Sequence record: SRR31156797_6884
Reading direction: 5' to 3' (one strand)
DNA length: 64,000 nt
Shown here in pieces: positions 31,897 through 42,524 of this stretch. Position 1 is the stretch's first letter. Every line of letters begins with the position of its first letter. A program made the position numbers and the translations under genes. The notes beneath the pieces were generated by a model. That model saw nothing but the letters and a program-made list of their open reading frames with translations, ran no database searches and was not told the DNA's origin.

Positions 31897-32835
31897 ATGA
31901 GTAGAATACCTAAAATTTGTGAAACGCGAGAATGCGAAGAATTTAAAGCGGTTATCTCTGCTCTTCCTGACCTCGTATTTGTATTAACTGAATCTGGGCT
32001 CTACGCCGGTATCTACGGTGGTGAATCGACTGAGCTATACCATGATGGATCATCGCTACAAGGCCTAACCTTGTTTGATGTTCTTCCGAAAGACAAAGCA
32101 CAATGGTTTCTCGATAGAATTCACGAAACTCTCGAAGCGAACAAAACCATGGTATTCGAATACTCCCTCGAAGTAGATGACGTCAAAAATGTGGATAGCA
32201 GCACAGGTCCTACTGGTGTGGTTCGATTTGAGGGACATGTCAATCCGCTTTCCTCTCTTCGCTATGGAGAAAGAGCGGTAGTGTGGGTTGCCAGAAACAT
32301 TACCCAACGATATCAAATGGAGCAGCAACTGATCTATCAGTCAGAAATTGATGATCTCTCACAAGTGCTCAATCGCCGAAAACTGTTCGAAAACCTCAAT
32401 AACGCGTTCTACTCTTTCCAACGTTACAAAGAAAACTACTGCTTTTTGTTATTAGATATCGACAATTTTAAGCAAATTAATGACACTTACGGCCATCACT
32501 GTGGAGATGAAGCCATCCGAAATTTGGCAAAACTGTGTCAATCCCTAATAAGACAAAGCGATGCCGTTGGCCGACTCGGCGGCGATGAGTTTGGTATATT
32601 ATTAAAACACGCAGAAGATTTATCGCCCGTTGCTTTTGCCGAGCGTTTGATCGAAGCAACAGCAAATACCAGGATGATAAGCGGCTCGAAAGATAGCCGT
32701 TTGACGATCAGTATTGGTCTTAGTCACTTTTTAGAAACAGATACCAGTAATGATCAAGTCTATCAACGAGCTGACCGTGCTCTTTATGATGCGAAAGGAA
32801 GAGGCAAAAAACGAGTGTCTATTAATTTTAAATAA
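31897..32835 (+). CDS. PAS-like sensor diguanylate cyclase
   Basis: DIDNFKQINDTYGH and RLGGDEF; RQSD I-site present. Confidence 0.92.
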   Translation: MSRIPKICETRECEEFKAVISALPDLVFVLTESGLYAGIYGGESTELYHDGSSLQGLTLFDVLPKDKAQWFLDRIHETLEANKTMVFEYSLEVDDVKNVDSSTGPTGVVRFEGHVNPLSSLRYGERAVVWVARNITQRYQMEQQLIYQSEIDDLSQVLNRRKLFENLNNAFYSFQRYKENYCFLLLDIDNFKQINDTYGHHCGDEAIRNLAKLCQSLIRQSDAVGRLGGDEFGILLKHAEDLSPVAFAERLIEATANTRMISGSKDSRLTISIGLSHFLETDTSNDQVYQRADRALYDAKGRGKKRVSINFK

Positions 32836-32886
32836 GTGATGGTTCTGCTCACTGAAGTAATGAGCAGAACGGATGTCAGAGGCAAA

Positions 32887-34011
32887 CTACAGTTTTTCAA
32901 CGACCGCCGGAATCGCCGCTAGCACATCTTGACCGAAGGCAACACTGCGCTCTGGTGACCAGCCATACAACTCATCTGGATGGCAATTGTGGTCTTTAAA
33001 TGGCATTTCTATCGTATACGACAAACACTTAAACTGTTCAGCAACCCATTTCGAACCGACAGTTAAGTTCGCCGTTCCCGGTGTATTTTTCTCATAACCA
33101 AATTCATCCTGAAACTCAGGCGTAATATAGGTTAACGCTTGCTTAAACAGCTCTTCCAGTTCGGTCATTTTCGCATCATAACTTGGCACGCCTTCCGAAC
33201 CGGCAACAAAGTTATATGGAATGGCTTCATCGCCGTGAATATCTAAGAACACGTCTACCCCTGTTGCGAGCATACGCTCACGGACATAATAAACTTCCGG
33301 ACTTTTCTCGGTAGAAGGCGTTTGCCATTCACGGTTTAAGTTCACACCAATAGCGTTGGTTCTTAAATGACCTCGTACACTACCATCGGGATTCATATTC
33401 GGCACAATATAAAACACCGCTTTATCCAGCAGCGATCTGGCTACCGTATCGGTATTGTCTAACAAGCGTTGTAGCAAACCTTCTACAAACCACTCAGCCA
33501 TTGTTTCACCAGGGTGCTGACGTGCAGTAATCCAGATGCTTTTCTTATCTTCAGTCGGCTCACCAATGGTTAGCAGGCTGATATCACGGTTATCTAGGGT
33601 TTGGCCTAATGTCTCCAACTTAGTGTTTGGATGCATTTGCGCTTGATGGAGCAAATCAAGATGACGCTCATAGCTGTATGGCGCAAAGTAGGCAAAATAA
33701 ATGGAGTCATACTCAGGTAAAACAGAGAAACTCAACGTATCCCCGTCAAATGTAGCTGGAATTCGGAACCACTCTTCTCGGTCGTACGACGCAACCACAT
33801 CGTAACCTTCCCACCCTTCTGGGTACGCCGATTTTTTCAAATCAACAATACGGAAGTTGTGTTCAGTATTAGCTTCACTTTCTAATCGAAAATAGAACCA
33901 TTGAGCAAACTCAGATTGATTATCAGGCTTGAGAGCTAACTGGATGTCATCACGGCTCTCTGCACGAAGGACGTTAATACTGCCTGCATCAAAATTACTA
34001 AATATTTTCAT
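32887..34011 (-). CDS. M14 zinc carboxypeptidase (cytosolic type)
   Basis: RQHPGE, NPDG, NLNR, DIHGDE. Confidence 0.92.
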   Translation of the reverse strand: MKIFSNFDAGSINVLRAESRDDIQLALKPDNQSEFAQWFYFRLESEANTEHNFRIVDLKKSAYPEGWEGYDVVASYDREEWFRIPATFDGDTLSFSVLPEYDSIYFAYFAPYSYERHLDLLHQAQMHPNTKLETLGQTLDNRDISLLTIGEPTEDKKSIWITARQHPGETMAEWFVEGLLQRLLDNTDTVARSLLDKAVFYIVPNMNPDGSVRGHLRTNAIGVNLNREWQTPSTEKSPEVYYVRERMLATGVDVFLDIHGDEAIPYNFVAGSEGVPSYDAKMTELEELFKQALTYITPEFQDEFGYEKNTPGTANLTVGSKWVAEQFKCLSYTIEMPFKDHNCHPDELYGWSPERSVAFGQDVLAAIPAVVEKL

Positions 34012-34095
34012 CGTATTACTCTGTGTCTTCTGATTGTGGCTAATCTAACAATTTAAGGCAGAAGTGAAAAGGATAGCCTACTTGTGCGGCTTATT

Positions 34096-34992
34096 TTACG
34101 AGTACTTAGCAAAAACAGAAATAAGCCAATTAATAAACTCTACAATTCTCTTAGGCTGCTGATGACGTGATTCATATAACACCGACATTTCCATTGGTTC
34201 GCAACGGTAATCAGGAAGAACTTCCACCAGCTCACCGCTAGCCAAATAGTTTTCTACCCCCATACGCGGAAGTTGGATGATACCAAGACCATTTAGACAT
34301 GCAGACAAATAAGCGTCTGTAGTACTGACCGAAATCAGACTCGGAACCGAAACAAAATAGGCTTTACCTTCGGCAGTGTACTCAAAACCGTTATCTTGTT
34401 GTCCCTGATTCGGCGAGTAATCAACAACGTAATGATGGCTTAAACTGTTCAAGGTCGCTGGTAAACCGTAACGATCTACATAACCCGCACTGACACAATT
34501 CACCATTGGCATAGAGCCTAGCGCTTTCGATACCAAGTTACTGTCTTCTAACGCGCCTCCGCGAATGACACAGTCTATTTTTTCTTTAATGAGATCAACT
34601 CTGTGGTCCGCGCCTACAAGCCTGATTTGTGTCTTTGGGTACATCCCGAACCATTCCGCCAAATGTGGCGACACCAAGGTTGAAAAAAAGCGACTGGGCA
34701 TATCGACTTTGATCAAGCCACTTAGCTCATTACTTTCTCTTTGAAATTGATTTTCCAGACCTTCTAACTCATCAATCAACCGTTGGCTTTGCAACAGGTA
34801 GCGCTCACCTGCTTCGGTCAAAGAGAGCTGTCTGGTACTTCGGCGTAATAAGCGAGTTTGTAAGTAGTCTTCGAGTTTACTCACTGAGGTAGAAATCGCA
34901 GATTTAGGCACGTTTAGCTGATTCGAAGCCTTGGTAAAACTGCCTGTTTGCGCTACAGCGATGAACCGCTTCATGGTTTCGATTTTATCCAT
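34096..34992 (-). CDS. LysR-family regulator
   Basis: N-terminal LysR HTH (GSFTKAS...LLRRSTR). Confidence 0.93.
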   Translation of the reverse strand: MDKIETMKRFIAVAQTGSFTKASNQLNVPKSAISTSVSKLEDYLQTRLLRRSTRQLSLTEAGERYLLQSQRLIDELEGLENQFQRESNELSGLIKVDMPSRFFSTLVSPHLAEWFGMYPKTQIRLVGADHRVDLIKEKIDCVIRGGALEDSNLVSKALGSMPMVNCVSAGYVDRYGLPATLNSLSHHYVVDYSPNQGQQDNGFEYTAEGKAYFVSVPSLISVSTTDAYLSACLNGLGIIQLPRMGVENYLASGELVEVLPDYRCEPMEMSVLYESRHQQPKRIVEFINWLISVFAKYS

Positions 34993-35004
34993 AACCCATC
35001 TTAT

Positions 35005-35023
35005 TGTTCATTTTATATGAACA
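35005..35023. promoter_or_regulatory. LysR-type dyad between divergent genes
   Basis: TGTTCA-N7-TGAACA. Confidence 0.6.
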
Positions 35024-35105
35024 GTCTTATCTCATTATCCGTATTTTTCAACATAATAATTTACGTTAACTTACCTATCACAAGACACGAAAGGCAGGAA
35101 CAAAC

Positions 35106-35861
35106 ATGAACAAATTAGCATTAATCACAGGTGGCAGTCGCGGCCTTGGACGTAACGCAGCAATAAAACTAGCTGAAAAAAACGTCAACATAATCTTCAC
35201 GTATCATTCCAATGAAGGTGCAGCTCAGGAAGTCATTAAAGAAATTGCAGCGCTAGGCCGAAGAGCCATAGCCATCCAATCAGATGTTCGTGATATAGGA
35301 CAATTTGAACTGTTCGCTACAAAGCTTCAATCACTAATGAAGCAAGAGTTTGGACGTGAAAGCTTTGACTATCTATTAAACAATGCTGGTACCGGATTAC
35401 ATGCTTCAATTGAAGAAACGAGCATGGAAGAGCTCGATGACATGTTGAATACACATGTAAAAGGTCCATTCTTTTTAACTCAGAAACTACTACCGCTTAT
35501 TGAAAATGGTGGTCACATTGTCAATATTTCGTCTGGCTTAGCACGTTTCTCTTTCCCGGGCTCTGCCGCGTATGCGATAGCAAAAGGCGCTGTAGAAGTG
35601 ATGACTCGCTATATGGCTAAGGAGTTTGCTGCCAAAGGCATCAGAGTTAACACTGTGGCACCGGGTGCTATTGCCACTGACTTTAGAGGTGGATCTATTC
35701 GCGACAATAAGCAAGCTCAAGCCATGGTATCTTCAGTTACCGCTTTGGGCCGCGTGGGTGAAGCTGATGATATTGGTAAAATCATCGCAGCAGTGTTTAG
35801 TGAGGGCTTCGATTGGGTTACAGGACAAAGAATCGAAGCGTCAGGTGGCATGATGCTTTAA
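35106..35861 (+). CDS. Short-chain dehydrogenase/reductase
   Basis: TGGSRGLG, NNAG, YAIAK. Confidence 0.93.
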   Translation: MNKLALITGGSRGLGRNAAIKLAEKNVNIIFTYHSNEGAAQEVIKEIAALGRRAIAIQSDVRDIGQFELFATKLQSLMKQEFGRESFDYLLNNAGTGLHASIEETSMEELDDMLNTHVKGPFFLTQKLLPLIENGGHIVNISSGLARFSFPGSAAYAIAKGAVEVMTRYMAKEFAAKGIRVNTVAPGAIATDFRGGSIRDNKQAQAMVSSVTALGRVGEADDIGKIIAAVFSEGFDWVTGQRIEASGGMML

Positions 35862-35935
35862 AGTGGTTACAGTAAAAGGGCTCAAAGAGCCCTTTTGTTT
35901 TGAATTGTCACCTTTCAACTGCACACATTCATTCG

Positions 35936-35985
35936 CTGTAAACATAACGCCACAAAACCCTCATGGTTTTGACACAATTGGTCAC
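35936..35985 (+). promoter_or_regulatory. Degenerate Pho box array
   Basis: GTAAA/GCCAC/CTCAT/GACAC at 35938/35949/35960/35971 (11 bp period), plus GTCAC at 35981. Confidence 0.5.
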
Positions 35986-36025
35986 TAGCGTGTTTGCATA
36001 CTTCATGAACAACCAGGATTAAGGC

Positions 36026-38197
36026 ATGGAAGTCAGACACTTGAAAATGACATTTTTAGCAGCGGCAATGGCTGCTGTTACCCCTCTTGCACACGCAGAT
36101 TCATTTCAGAGAATTGCCACTTTTGCGGTCGCGGATAACATTCCATCTGGCAAAGCATCAACATCAGTAACCTCGGCGGAAATTATCACAGCTTCTGATG
36201 ATGGGAATACGTTAATTTATTCAGATAGCCCTATGGGTGGCATTGGCTTTGTTGATATTAAAGATGCTGAACAGCCTCATCCAGCAGGTTTCCTTGATCT
36301 TCATGGTGAACCAACGTCAGTCGCAGCGAAAGGAAACACCGTTGTCGTAGGCGTAAATACATCAGAGAGCTATACCCAACCGTCAGGCTACTTAGCAGCA
36401 GTTAATATTAACAGCCATAAGTTAGTTCAAAAATGCGATTTAGGTGGTCAACCTGATTCGGTCGCCGTATCAAAAGATGGTCGTTTCGTTGCCGTCGCGA
36501 TTGAAAACGAACGTGATGAAGACTTAAACGATGGGGAGCTTCCGCAGATGCCTGCGGGTTACCTGTCTATTATTCCGATGAATAATGACCAACTCGACTG
36601 TGGTAAAACGAAGAAAGTAATGATGACAGGGTTGGCAGAAATTGGAGCGACGGACCCAGAGCCTGAGTTTGTCGCATTTAATGATCAAAATGAAATCGTT
36701 TTGACCATGCAGGAAAACAACCATATTGCCATCATCAATGCCGAAAGTGGTCAAATCATTAACCATTTCTCTGCGGGCACCGTAGACCTTAAGAACATTG
36801 ATATCAAAAAAGATGGCGCATTAACTTTTGATAAATCACTCGACAACGTTCGCCGAGAACCAGACGCAGTGAAATGGATAGACAATGATCGCTTCGTTAT
36901 CGCCAACGAAGGAGATTACAAAGGTGGTGCTCGCGGTTTTACTATTTTCAATAAACAAGGCGAAGTGCTATTCGAAAGCGGCTCAAGTTTTGAGCATGAA
37001 GTGGTCAAAACTGGTCACTATCCAGAAAAACGTTCTGGCAAAAAAGGCGCGGAGCCTGAAGGGTTAGAAGTCGCAACATTTAACGGTGAAACATACATCT
37101 TTTTGATGTCTGAGCGCGGTTCAGTCGTTGGTGTCTATCGTGATACGGGCGCTGAACCTGAGTTGGTTCAAATGCTTCCTTCTGGTATAGCACCGGAATC
37201 CGCAATCGCTATTCCATCTCGAGGGTTAATTGCTACTGCTAACGAAGAAGATATGGTTAAAGACGGTGGGCCACGTTCACACGTTATGATTTACCAATGG
37301 GCCAGCGAAACCCCAACTTATCCTATGATTCAGTCAACAACGGATAACAACAATCGTCCAATTGGCTGGGGGGCTCTATCAGGCTTAGACGCTGATCTTA
37401 AACAAGCGGGTAAACTCTATGCTATCAGCGATAGTTTTTACTCTGCGCAACCCGCAATCTTTACCATTGATGCCACCCAAAAACCGGCAGTCATCAAAGA
37501 AAAAATGATCATCACCAAAGGTGGAATTCCAGCGACGCATCTCGATTTAGAAGGTATCGCAGTTGATCCTAATGGCGGCTACTGGCTAGCATCAGAAGGT
37601 AACAGTAAGAAACAAGCTCCACACCAGTTACTCCATGTAACCGAGAGTGGTGCAATTGATCAAACGATCCCTTTCCCAGAATCGCTACTCCAATACCAAG
37701 AGCGATTCGGTGCTGAAGGTATTGCTGTTCACGGAGACACGCTTTGGGTAGCGATTCAACGTCCATGGAAAGACGATGATAAAAATACCGTTAAGCTACT
37801 GTCATACGATCTGAACACTCAACAATGGGGAGCGGTTAGATACCCACTGGAAAGCGCAGACAAAGGGTGGATTGGGTTATCAGAAATTACCATTCGTGGC
37901 GACTATGCGTACATTATTGAGCGTGACAATCAACTCGATAAATCAGCGAAAGTAAAACGTCTATACAAAGTGGCAGTAGCAGAACTGCAATCAGCGCCCC
38001 TTGGTTCAACGTTGCCAATAGTGAAAAAGACATTCGTCCACGATTTTCTTCCGGACCTTAAATCAATCAGCGGCTATGTGGTTGATAAAGTTGAAGGGTT
38101 CACTATCGATGCTGCAGGGCAAGGTTTTGCTGTAACAGACAACGATGGTGTAGACGACAGTAACGGTGAGACATTGTTTTTTAAAGTCGACCTATAA
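36026..38197 (+). CDS. Secreted beta-propeller phosphatase (esterase-like phytase family)
   Basis: Signal peptide; repeated PE/PD/EG motifs (GQPDSV, ANEGD, EPEG, DLEGI, KVEG, DNDG). Confidence 0.8.
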   Translation: MEVRHLKMTFLAAAMAAVTPLAHADSFQRIATFAVADNIPSGKASTSVTSAEIITASDDGNTLIYSDSPMGGIGFVDIKDAEQPHPAGFLDLHGEPTSVAAKGNTVVVGVNTSESYTQPSGYLAAVNINSHKLVQKCDLGGQPDSVAVSKDGRFVAVAIENERDEDLNDGELPQMPAGYLSIIPMNNDQLDCGKTKKVMMTGLAEIGATDPEPEFVAFNDQNEIVLTMQENNHIAIINAESGQIINHFSAGTVDLKNIDIKKDGALTFDKSLDNVRREPDAVKWIDNDRFVIANEGDYKGGARGFTIFNKQGEVLFESGSSFEHEVVKTGHYPEKRSGKKGAEPEGLEVATFNGETYIFLMSERGSVVGVYRDTGAEPELVQMLPSGIAPESAIAIPSRGLIATANEEDMVKDGGPRSHVMIYQWASETPTYPMIQSTTDNNNRPIGWGALSGLDADLKQAGKLYAISDSFYSAQPAIFTIDATQKPAVIKEKMIITKGGIPATHLDLEGIAVDPNGGYWLASEGNSKKQAPHQLLHVTESGAIDQTIPFPESLLQYQERFGAEGIAVHGDTLWVAIQRPWKDDDKNTVKLLSYDLNTQQWGAVRYPLESADKGWIGLSEITIRGDYAYIIERDNQLDKSAKVKRLYKVAVAELQSAPLGSTLPIVKKTFVHDFLPDLKSISGYVVDKVEGFTIDAAGQGFAVTDNDGVDDSNGETLFFKVDL

Positions 38198-38217
38198 CCG
38201 ATCTTCATTTAACTAAT

Positions 38218-38240
38218 AAAGCGAGCTTAATGCTCGCTTT
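38218..38240 (+). terminator. Terminator hairpin, repeat copy 1
   Basis: AAAGCGAGCTTAATGCTCGCTTT. Confidence 0.75.
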
Positions 38241-38320
38241 ATTAATTCTTAGGTATTAAAAGCGCGCCTCTTTTTATTAACTATACTATCAGTAATGACC
38301 AACACACCGTAAGGGAAGCC

Positions 38321-40018
38321 GTGATGAAAACGTTACGTCATGTTCTACTCATTCTACTCTCAACCCTCGTTTATTCAGTCAGTTACGCGCAGTCTAATCA
38401 AGCATTAGATAGGTATATTGTTGTACTTAAACCCGATGCCCAATCACAAACAGTCGCAACGGAAATGGCTCAAAACAGCAACGGGCGTGTCGGTTTCATT
38501 TATCAAAAAGTACTCAATGGGTTCTCGATTTCACTCCCCGAAGCGGCACTTAAAGGAATCAGTAACAACCCCAACGTCGCTTACATTGAAGAGGACATCG
38601 AAGTTACCGCATCCGCTCAATCTATTCCTACAGGTATTCGGCGTATTTTTACCAATCAATCCGCGGTCAGTATTAATAGTATTGATGACTTCCATGTTGA
38701 TGTGGACGTCGCGGTTCTCGATACTGGCATCGATACTGAGCACCCAGACTTAAATGTGGTTGGTGGAGCTAACTGCTTAAATTATATGAGCTCGGGACGA
38801 AACCGCAGTTACTATTGTGATACAAACCTCAGTTACGATGACGACCATTATCACGGTACTCACGTTGCCGGAACGATTGCCGCTCTGGATAACGATTTTG
38901 GTGTCGTCGGCGTTGCTCCCGGCGCTCGTCTATGGGCAGTAAAAGTGCTTAATTCATCAGGTTCTGGTTCACTATCTGGGATAATAGCAGCGATTGATTG
39001 GGTCGTAAGCCAAGGCGAAATTGAAGTCATTAACCTGAGCTTAGGCGGCTCTGGTCAAAGTACGGCGATGAACACCGCCATCGAATCGGCATTTAACAAT
39101 GGTGTCTTTGTTGTCGTTGCAGCAGGCAATTCTGGTGACGATAGCCAAAACTACACCCCGGCAAACGCGCCTTTTGCTTTTACCATTTCAGCTCTGGCTG
39201 ATTACAATGGTCTAGCGTCCCCAATCGACTCGTTGGCGTATTTCAGTAACTGGGGTGATCCGGTCGACATGGTTGCGCCTGGGGTGAACATTTATTCCAC
39301 TTTCCCCCTAGAAAGAAATGCTTACAGTACCATTAGCGGAACTTCAATGGCGACCCCACATGTTGCAGGAGCCGCGGCATTACTGGCCAGTAACGGTGAT
39401 TCCCCCTCAACCATCAAAACCCTTCTCATCACTAGCGGTAATTATGATTGGCTAGATAATTCAGGTGATGCGGTTCAAGAACCTTTACTTGATGTCAGTT
39501 CTTCGGTTTTTGTGCCTAAACTGATTGCCGCAAACGAAGTGATAGAAAACAGTTCACCAACCGCGCGATTTTCCTTTAATTGCACAGAGCTAGCTTGTAG
39601 CTTTGATGCAACAGACTCCAGTGATAGTGATGGCAGCATTTCATCTTATTCATGGAACTTTGGCGACGGTTCCCCGTCAGTCTTTGGCGCAACAACATCC
39701 CACGACTTTGCAGCAAACGGCACCTACAGTGTCACGCTGACCGTTACCGACAATGAAGGTGCGCAAGACTCCTATTTTCAGGATGTCGCTGTAGAGATCG
39801 CAGGAGAAGAGCCTGTATTCGTCACGCAAACCATTAATGAAGGTAAATATTGGCATGCTACGGTTTCCTATTCGAACAATGCCCCTATTAGCGGAACGTG
39901 GTCGAGCGGAGGAGCTTGTAATGCGAATCTATGCGTCAGTAATGACGTACGGAAAAAACAAAGCAGTATTGTGTTTACGGATTCCAACGGAGTATCAGTC
40001 ACCATTAACAAGCCTTAG
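38321..40018 (+). CDS. S8 subtilisin-like protease with I9 propeptide and PKD domain
   Basis: VLDTG, HGTHVAG, GTSMATPH triad; WNFGDG PKD motif. Confidence 0.95.
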   Translation: MMKTLRHVLLILLSTLVYSVSYAQSNQALDRYIVVLKPDAQSQTVATEMAQNSNGRVGFIYQKVLNGFSISLPEAALKGISNNPNVAYIEEDIEVTASAQSIPTGIRRIFTNQSAVSINSIDDFHVDVDVAVLDTGIDTEHPDLNVVGGANCLNYMSSGRNRSYYCDTNLSYDDDHYHGTHVAGTIAALDNDFGVVGVAPGARLWAVKVLNSSGSGSLSGIIAAIDWVVSQGEIEVINLSLGGSGQSTAMNTAIESAFNNGVFVVVAAGNSGDDSQNYTPANAPFAFTISALADYNGLASPIDSLAYFSNWGDPVDMVAPGVNIYSTFPLERNAYSTISGTSMATPHVAGAAALLASNGDSPSTIKTLLITSGNYDWLDNSGDAVQEPLLDVSSSVFVPKLIAANEVIENSSPTARFSFNCTELACSFDATDSSDSDGSISSYSWNFGDGSPSVFGATTSHDFAANGTYSVTLTVTDNEGAQDSYFQDVAVEIAGEEPVFVTQTINEGKYWHATVSYSNNAPISGTWSSGGACNANLCVSNDVRKKQSSIVFTDSNGVSVTINKP

Positions 40019-40041
40019 TCACCTTGACATACCCACCAAGA

Positions 40042-40064
40042 AAAGCGAGCTTAATGTTCGCTTT
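40042..40064 (+). terminator. Terminator hairpin, repeat copy 2
   Basis: AAAGCGAGCTTAATGTTCGCTTT. Confidence 0.75.
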
Positions 40065-40161
40065 TCTTTTTTAACGTCTTTTAACAATGAAAGAGGCTGG
40101 TTTGAAGCTGAAACCGTATTTCAGTAGAATCGGCCCATAATAAGTTTAAGAGAACTCTTTC

Positions 40162-40599
40162 GTGGCAAAACGTACTCCTGTAATTGAAATATCATCCTAC
40201 GGCATCTATTCCCTCTGGGATGCAAAATCCAAAGACCTACCTAAAATCAAAGAGTTTACTCAGGTGGTCACGGCTGACGAAGAGGTAGAGTTTGGCTTTA
40301 CCGTTAACATTAAGAAAGCCAAAGGCGAGTTACTCGAATACTGTATTTACCACCCTGGGGTTATCAATAAAAAAGGCAAAGTACTCGCTCCGTTTGATGG
40401 CGAAGTGTATGTGCGCAGTAATGACTGGGATTTTTACCTTGGAGACACCATTCAGCTTCTCTGCCCTATCAATGGCTTAGAAAGTAATTTAGGTGAGTGG
40501 CGTATGACAATGGAAATGCAGGGAAAAGTGATTGCTGAAAAGACTTTTAAAGTCGTGGCTCGCGATGAAGGGCAGTTTTGGAGAAGCAGAGGGTATTAA
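40162..40599 (+). CDS. Conserved hypothetical protein (DUF3859-like)
   Basis: SYGIY...EFGF...HPG...WDFYLGD pattern; GTG start. Confidence 0.7.
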   Translation: MAKRTPVIEISSYGIYSLWDAKSKDLPKIKEFTQVVTADEEVEFGFTVNIKKAKGELLEYCIYHPGVINKKGKVLAPFDGEVYVRSNDWDFYLGDTIQLLCPINGLESNLGEWRMTMEMQGKVIAEKTFKVVARDEGQFWRSRGY

Positions 40600-40653
40600 T
40601 CGCAACATCTAACCAGCCGAGCCAAGTAACAATCAACACGCTTCTTGGCTCAC

Positions 40654-40671
40654 TAGGGTATGTTGACCTAG
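40654..40671 (+). repeat. Short copy of the repeat terminus
   Basis: TAGGGTATGTTGACCTAG, overlapping the PhzF stop codon. Confidence 0.4.
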
Positions 40672-41537
40672 GACAAGTTCACATATTTTATTCCAACCTC
40701 TTGGGCAAACCCGCCGACAAGAACTTGGCTGATACCATTTAAGTTCAACTCAACCGACGCGGTAATATGTGAAACACAACCCATTGCCCTGCCTTGCTCA
40801 AAAGTAAAATGGTTTGTGCCTAAGTGTCCCAAATACTTGGTTAAGTAACTGGCTAACGCGCCGCTGGCACTTCCTGTGGCAGACTCTTCTGGAATGCCGA
40901 ATAACGGTGCAAAATTTCGGCAACTCGCAGTTAACTCACTTCCTTTCTCATTCAACTCAAACGCGTGAATACCCACTACATTGTGTACTTTGCTGAACTC
41001 AGCGAGTAACGAATCATTCACTTCTATTTTATCCAGATATCCATTTGCAACAGGAACGATAATATCGCGCAGCCCCGTTGATACCACTTCGATCGGAAGC
41101 TGATCAGACGCTAATACGCTTGTATCGAGTCCAATTAACTCAGCGATATCATTAGCACTTAGCTCAGATAAATATTCTGGTAACGTCTGTTCCATGATGA
41201 TCTGCCCGTCAGCTTTTATTATCACTGCCAGTAGGCCGGCTTTTGTTCTTTGAATGTACTTACCCGCGGTAACAATCCCCTTTTTATACAGAGTTGAAAA
41301 TGCAGCCAATGTAGCATGCCCACAAAAGTCCACTTCATCAGTGACAGTAAAGAAAGAAACCTCGAAATCGACTTCATCATCTTGAGAAACAAACGCCGTT
41401 TCTGAAAATCCAACCTGTTGAGCGATGTTTAATTTTTGTTCATCAGACAAATTATCTGCGTTCAATACCACGCCTGCAGCATTACCGCCCGTTCCATTGA
41501 CAGTAAATGAGTTGACCAAAAATACTTCAATCTCCAT
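40668..41537 (-). CDS. PhzF-family isomerase
   Basis: GN.AGV, SETAF, EVDFCGHAT, EESATGS. Confidence 0.92.
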   Translation of the reverse strand: MEIEVFLVNSFTVNGTGGNAAGVVLNADNLSDEQKLNIAQQVGFSETAFVSQDDEVDFEVSFFTVTDEVDFCGHATLAAFSTLYKKGIVTAGKYIQRTKAGLLAVIIKADGQIIMEQTLPEYLSELSANDIAELIGLDTSVLASDQLPIEVVSTGLRDIIVPVANGYLDKIEVNDSLLAEFSKVHNVVGIHAFELNEKGSELTASCRNFAPLFGIPEESATGSASGALASYLTKYLGHLGTNHFTFEQGRAMGCVSHITASVELNLNGISQVLVGGFAQEVGIKYVNLS

Positions 41538-41600
41538 TGATATAAGCTCCAGATCATATTAGTTAATTAAGGATTACTGACGTTGTTCCGGCTTAAAACT

Positions 41601-42524
41601 TCACAGTTTATAAATCGAATCTGGTTTTTCAGCTTGCTCTACCAGTGCATCAATAACCACTCGCTGTCTTGGTTTTAAATAACGGGAGCGAGGCCAAACC
41701 GCATGTATTGGCATTTCTGCTCCGGCATACTGGTCTAAAACCGTGACTAATGCTCCGGTAGCAAGGTGCTCAGAGATCAACCAAGTGGGTAACTGAGACA
41801 CACCCATTCCATCCAGCACAGCAGATAGCATCGCATCACCATCACTAAAACAGTATCGTCCATGCACAACTTGAGAAAAGCTGTCACCGTTATTGTGGCG
41901 AAACAACCATGCTGGTTGGCTGCTCCGTTGACCACCAACAATACAATCATGCTCTGTGAGCTCCATGACTGATTTGGGTGCCCCCTTTTTACTCAAATAC
42001 TCAGGGCTAGCACACACAACTAACCGTTGACGTCCCAATCGTCGTGCAACCAAGTCTGCGTCATCTTCCAAACTCCCGATACGTACCACCAAATCAACGC
42101 CTTCATCCACTAGGTTTATGCGCTTTTCACTAAAGGCGACTGACAAATCCAGGTTGGGGTAAGTCTTCGTTAAATCAAGAAGTAACGGCATAACATGTCT
42201 TCGGCCAAAAGCGGCTGGTAGGTGCACATTCAAACTTCCTGATACCTGAACACTCCCTACAACAACGCCTTGTTCCAGACAGTCTATTTCATCCAGAATC
42301 GCAATCCACCCATCAAAGTAACGTTGACCTTCAGGTGTTGGTGTTAAGCTACGGGTAGTGCGATGCAATAATTTTGTTCCCAGCTTCTTTTCCAACCGGG
42401 TAACGCTTTTACCAACCGCTGAACCTGTCAGCCCGAGACGTTCTCCTGCCGCGGTAAACGAACCTGTTCTCAGCGTTTCAACATATTCGATCACCCCGGA
42501 AAATTGGGTTTCGGTCACTTTCAT
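41601..42524 (-). CDS. LysR-family regulator
   Basis: GSFTAAG...LLHRTTR HTH. Confidence 0.93.
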   Translation of the reverse strand: MKVTETQFSGVIEYVETLRTGSFTAAGERLGLTGSAVGKSVTRLEKKLGTKLLHRTTRSLTPTPEGQRYFDGWIAILDEIDCLEQGVVVGSVQVSGSLNVHLPAAFGRRHVMPLLLDLTKTYPNLDLSVAFSEKRINLVDEGVDLVVRIGSLEDDADLVARRLGRQRLVVCASPEYLSKKGAPKSVMELTEHDCIVGGQRSSQPAWLFRHNNGDSFSQVVHGRYCFSDGDAMLSAVLDGMGVSQLPTWLISEHLATGALVTVLDQYAGAEMPIHAVWPRSRYLKPRQRVVIDALVEQAEKPDSIYKL

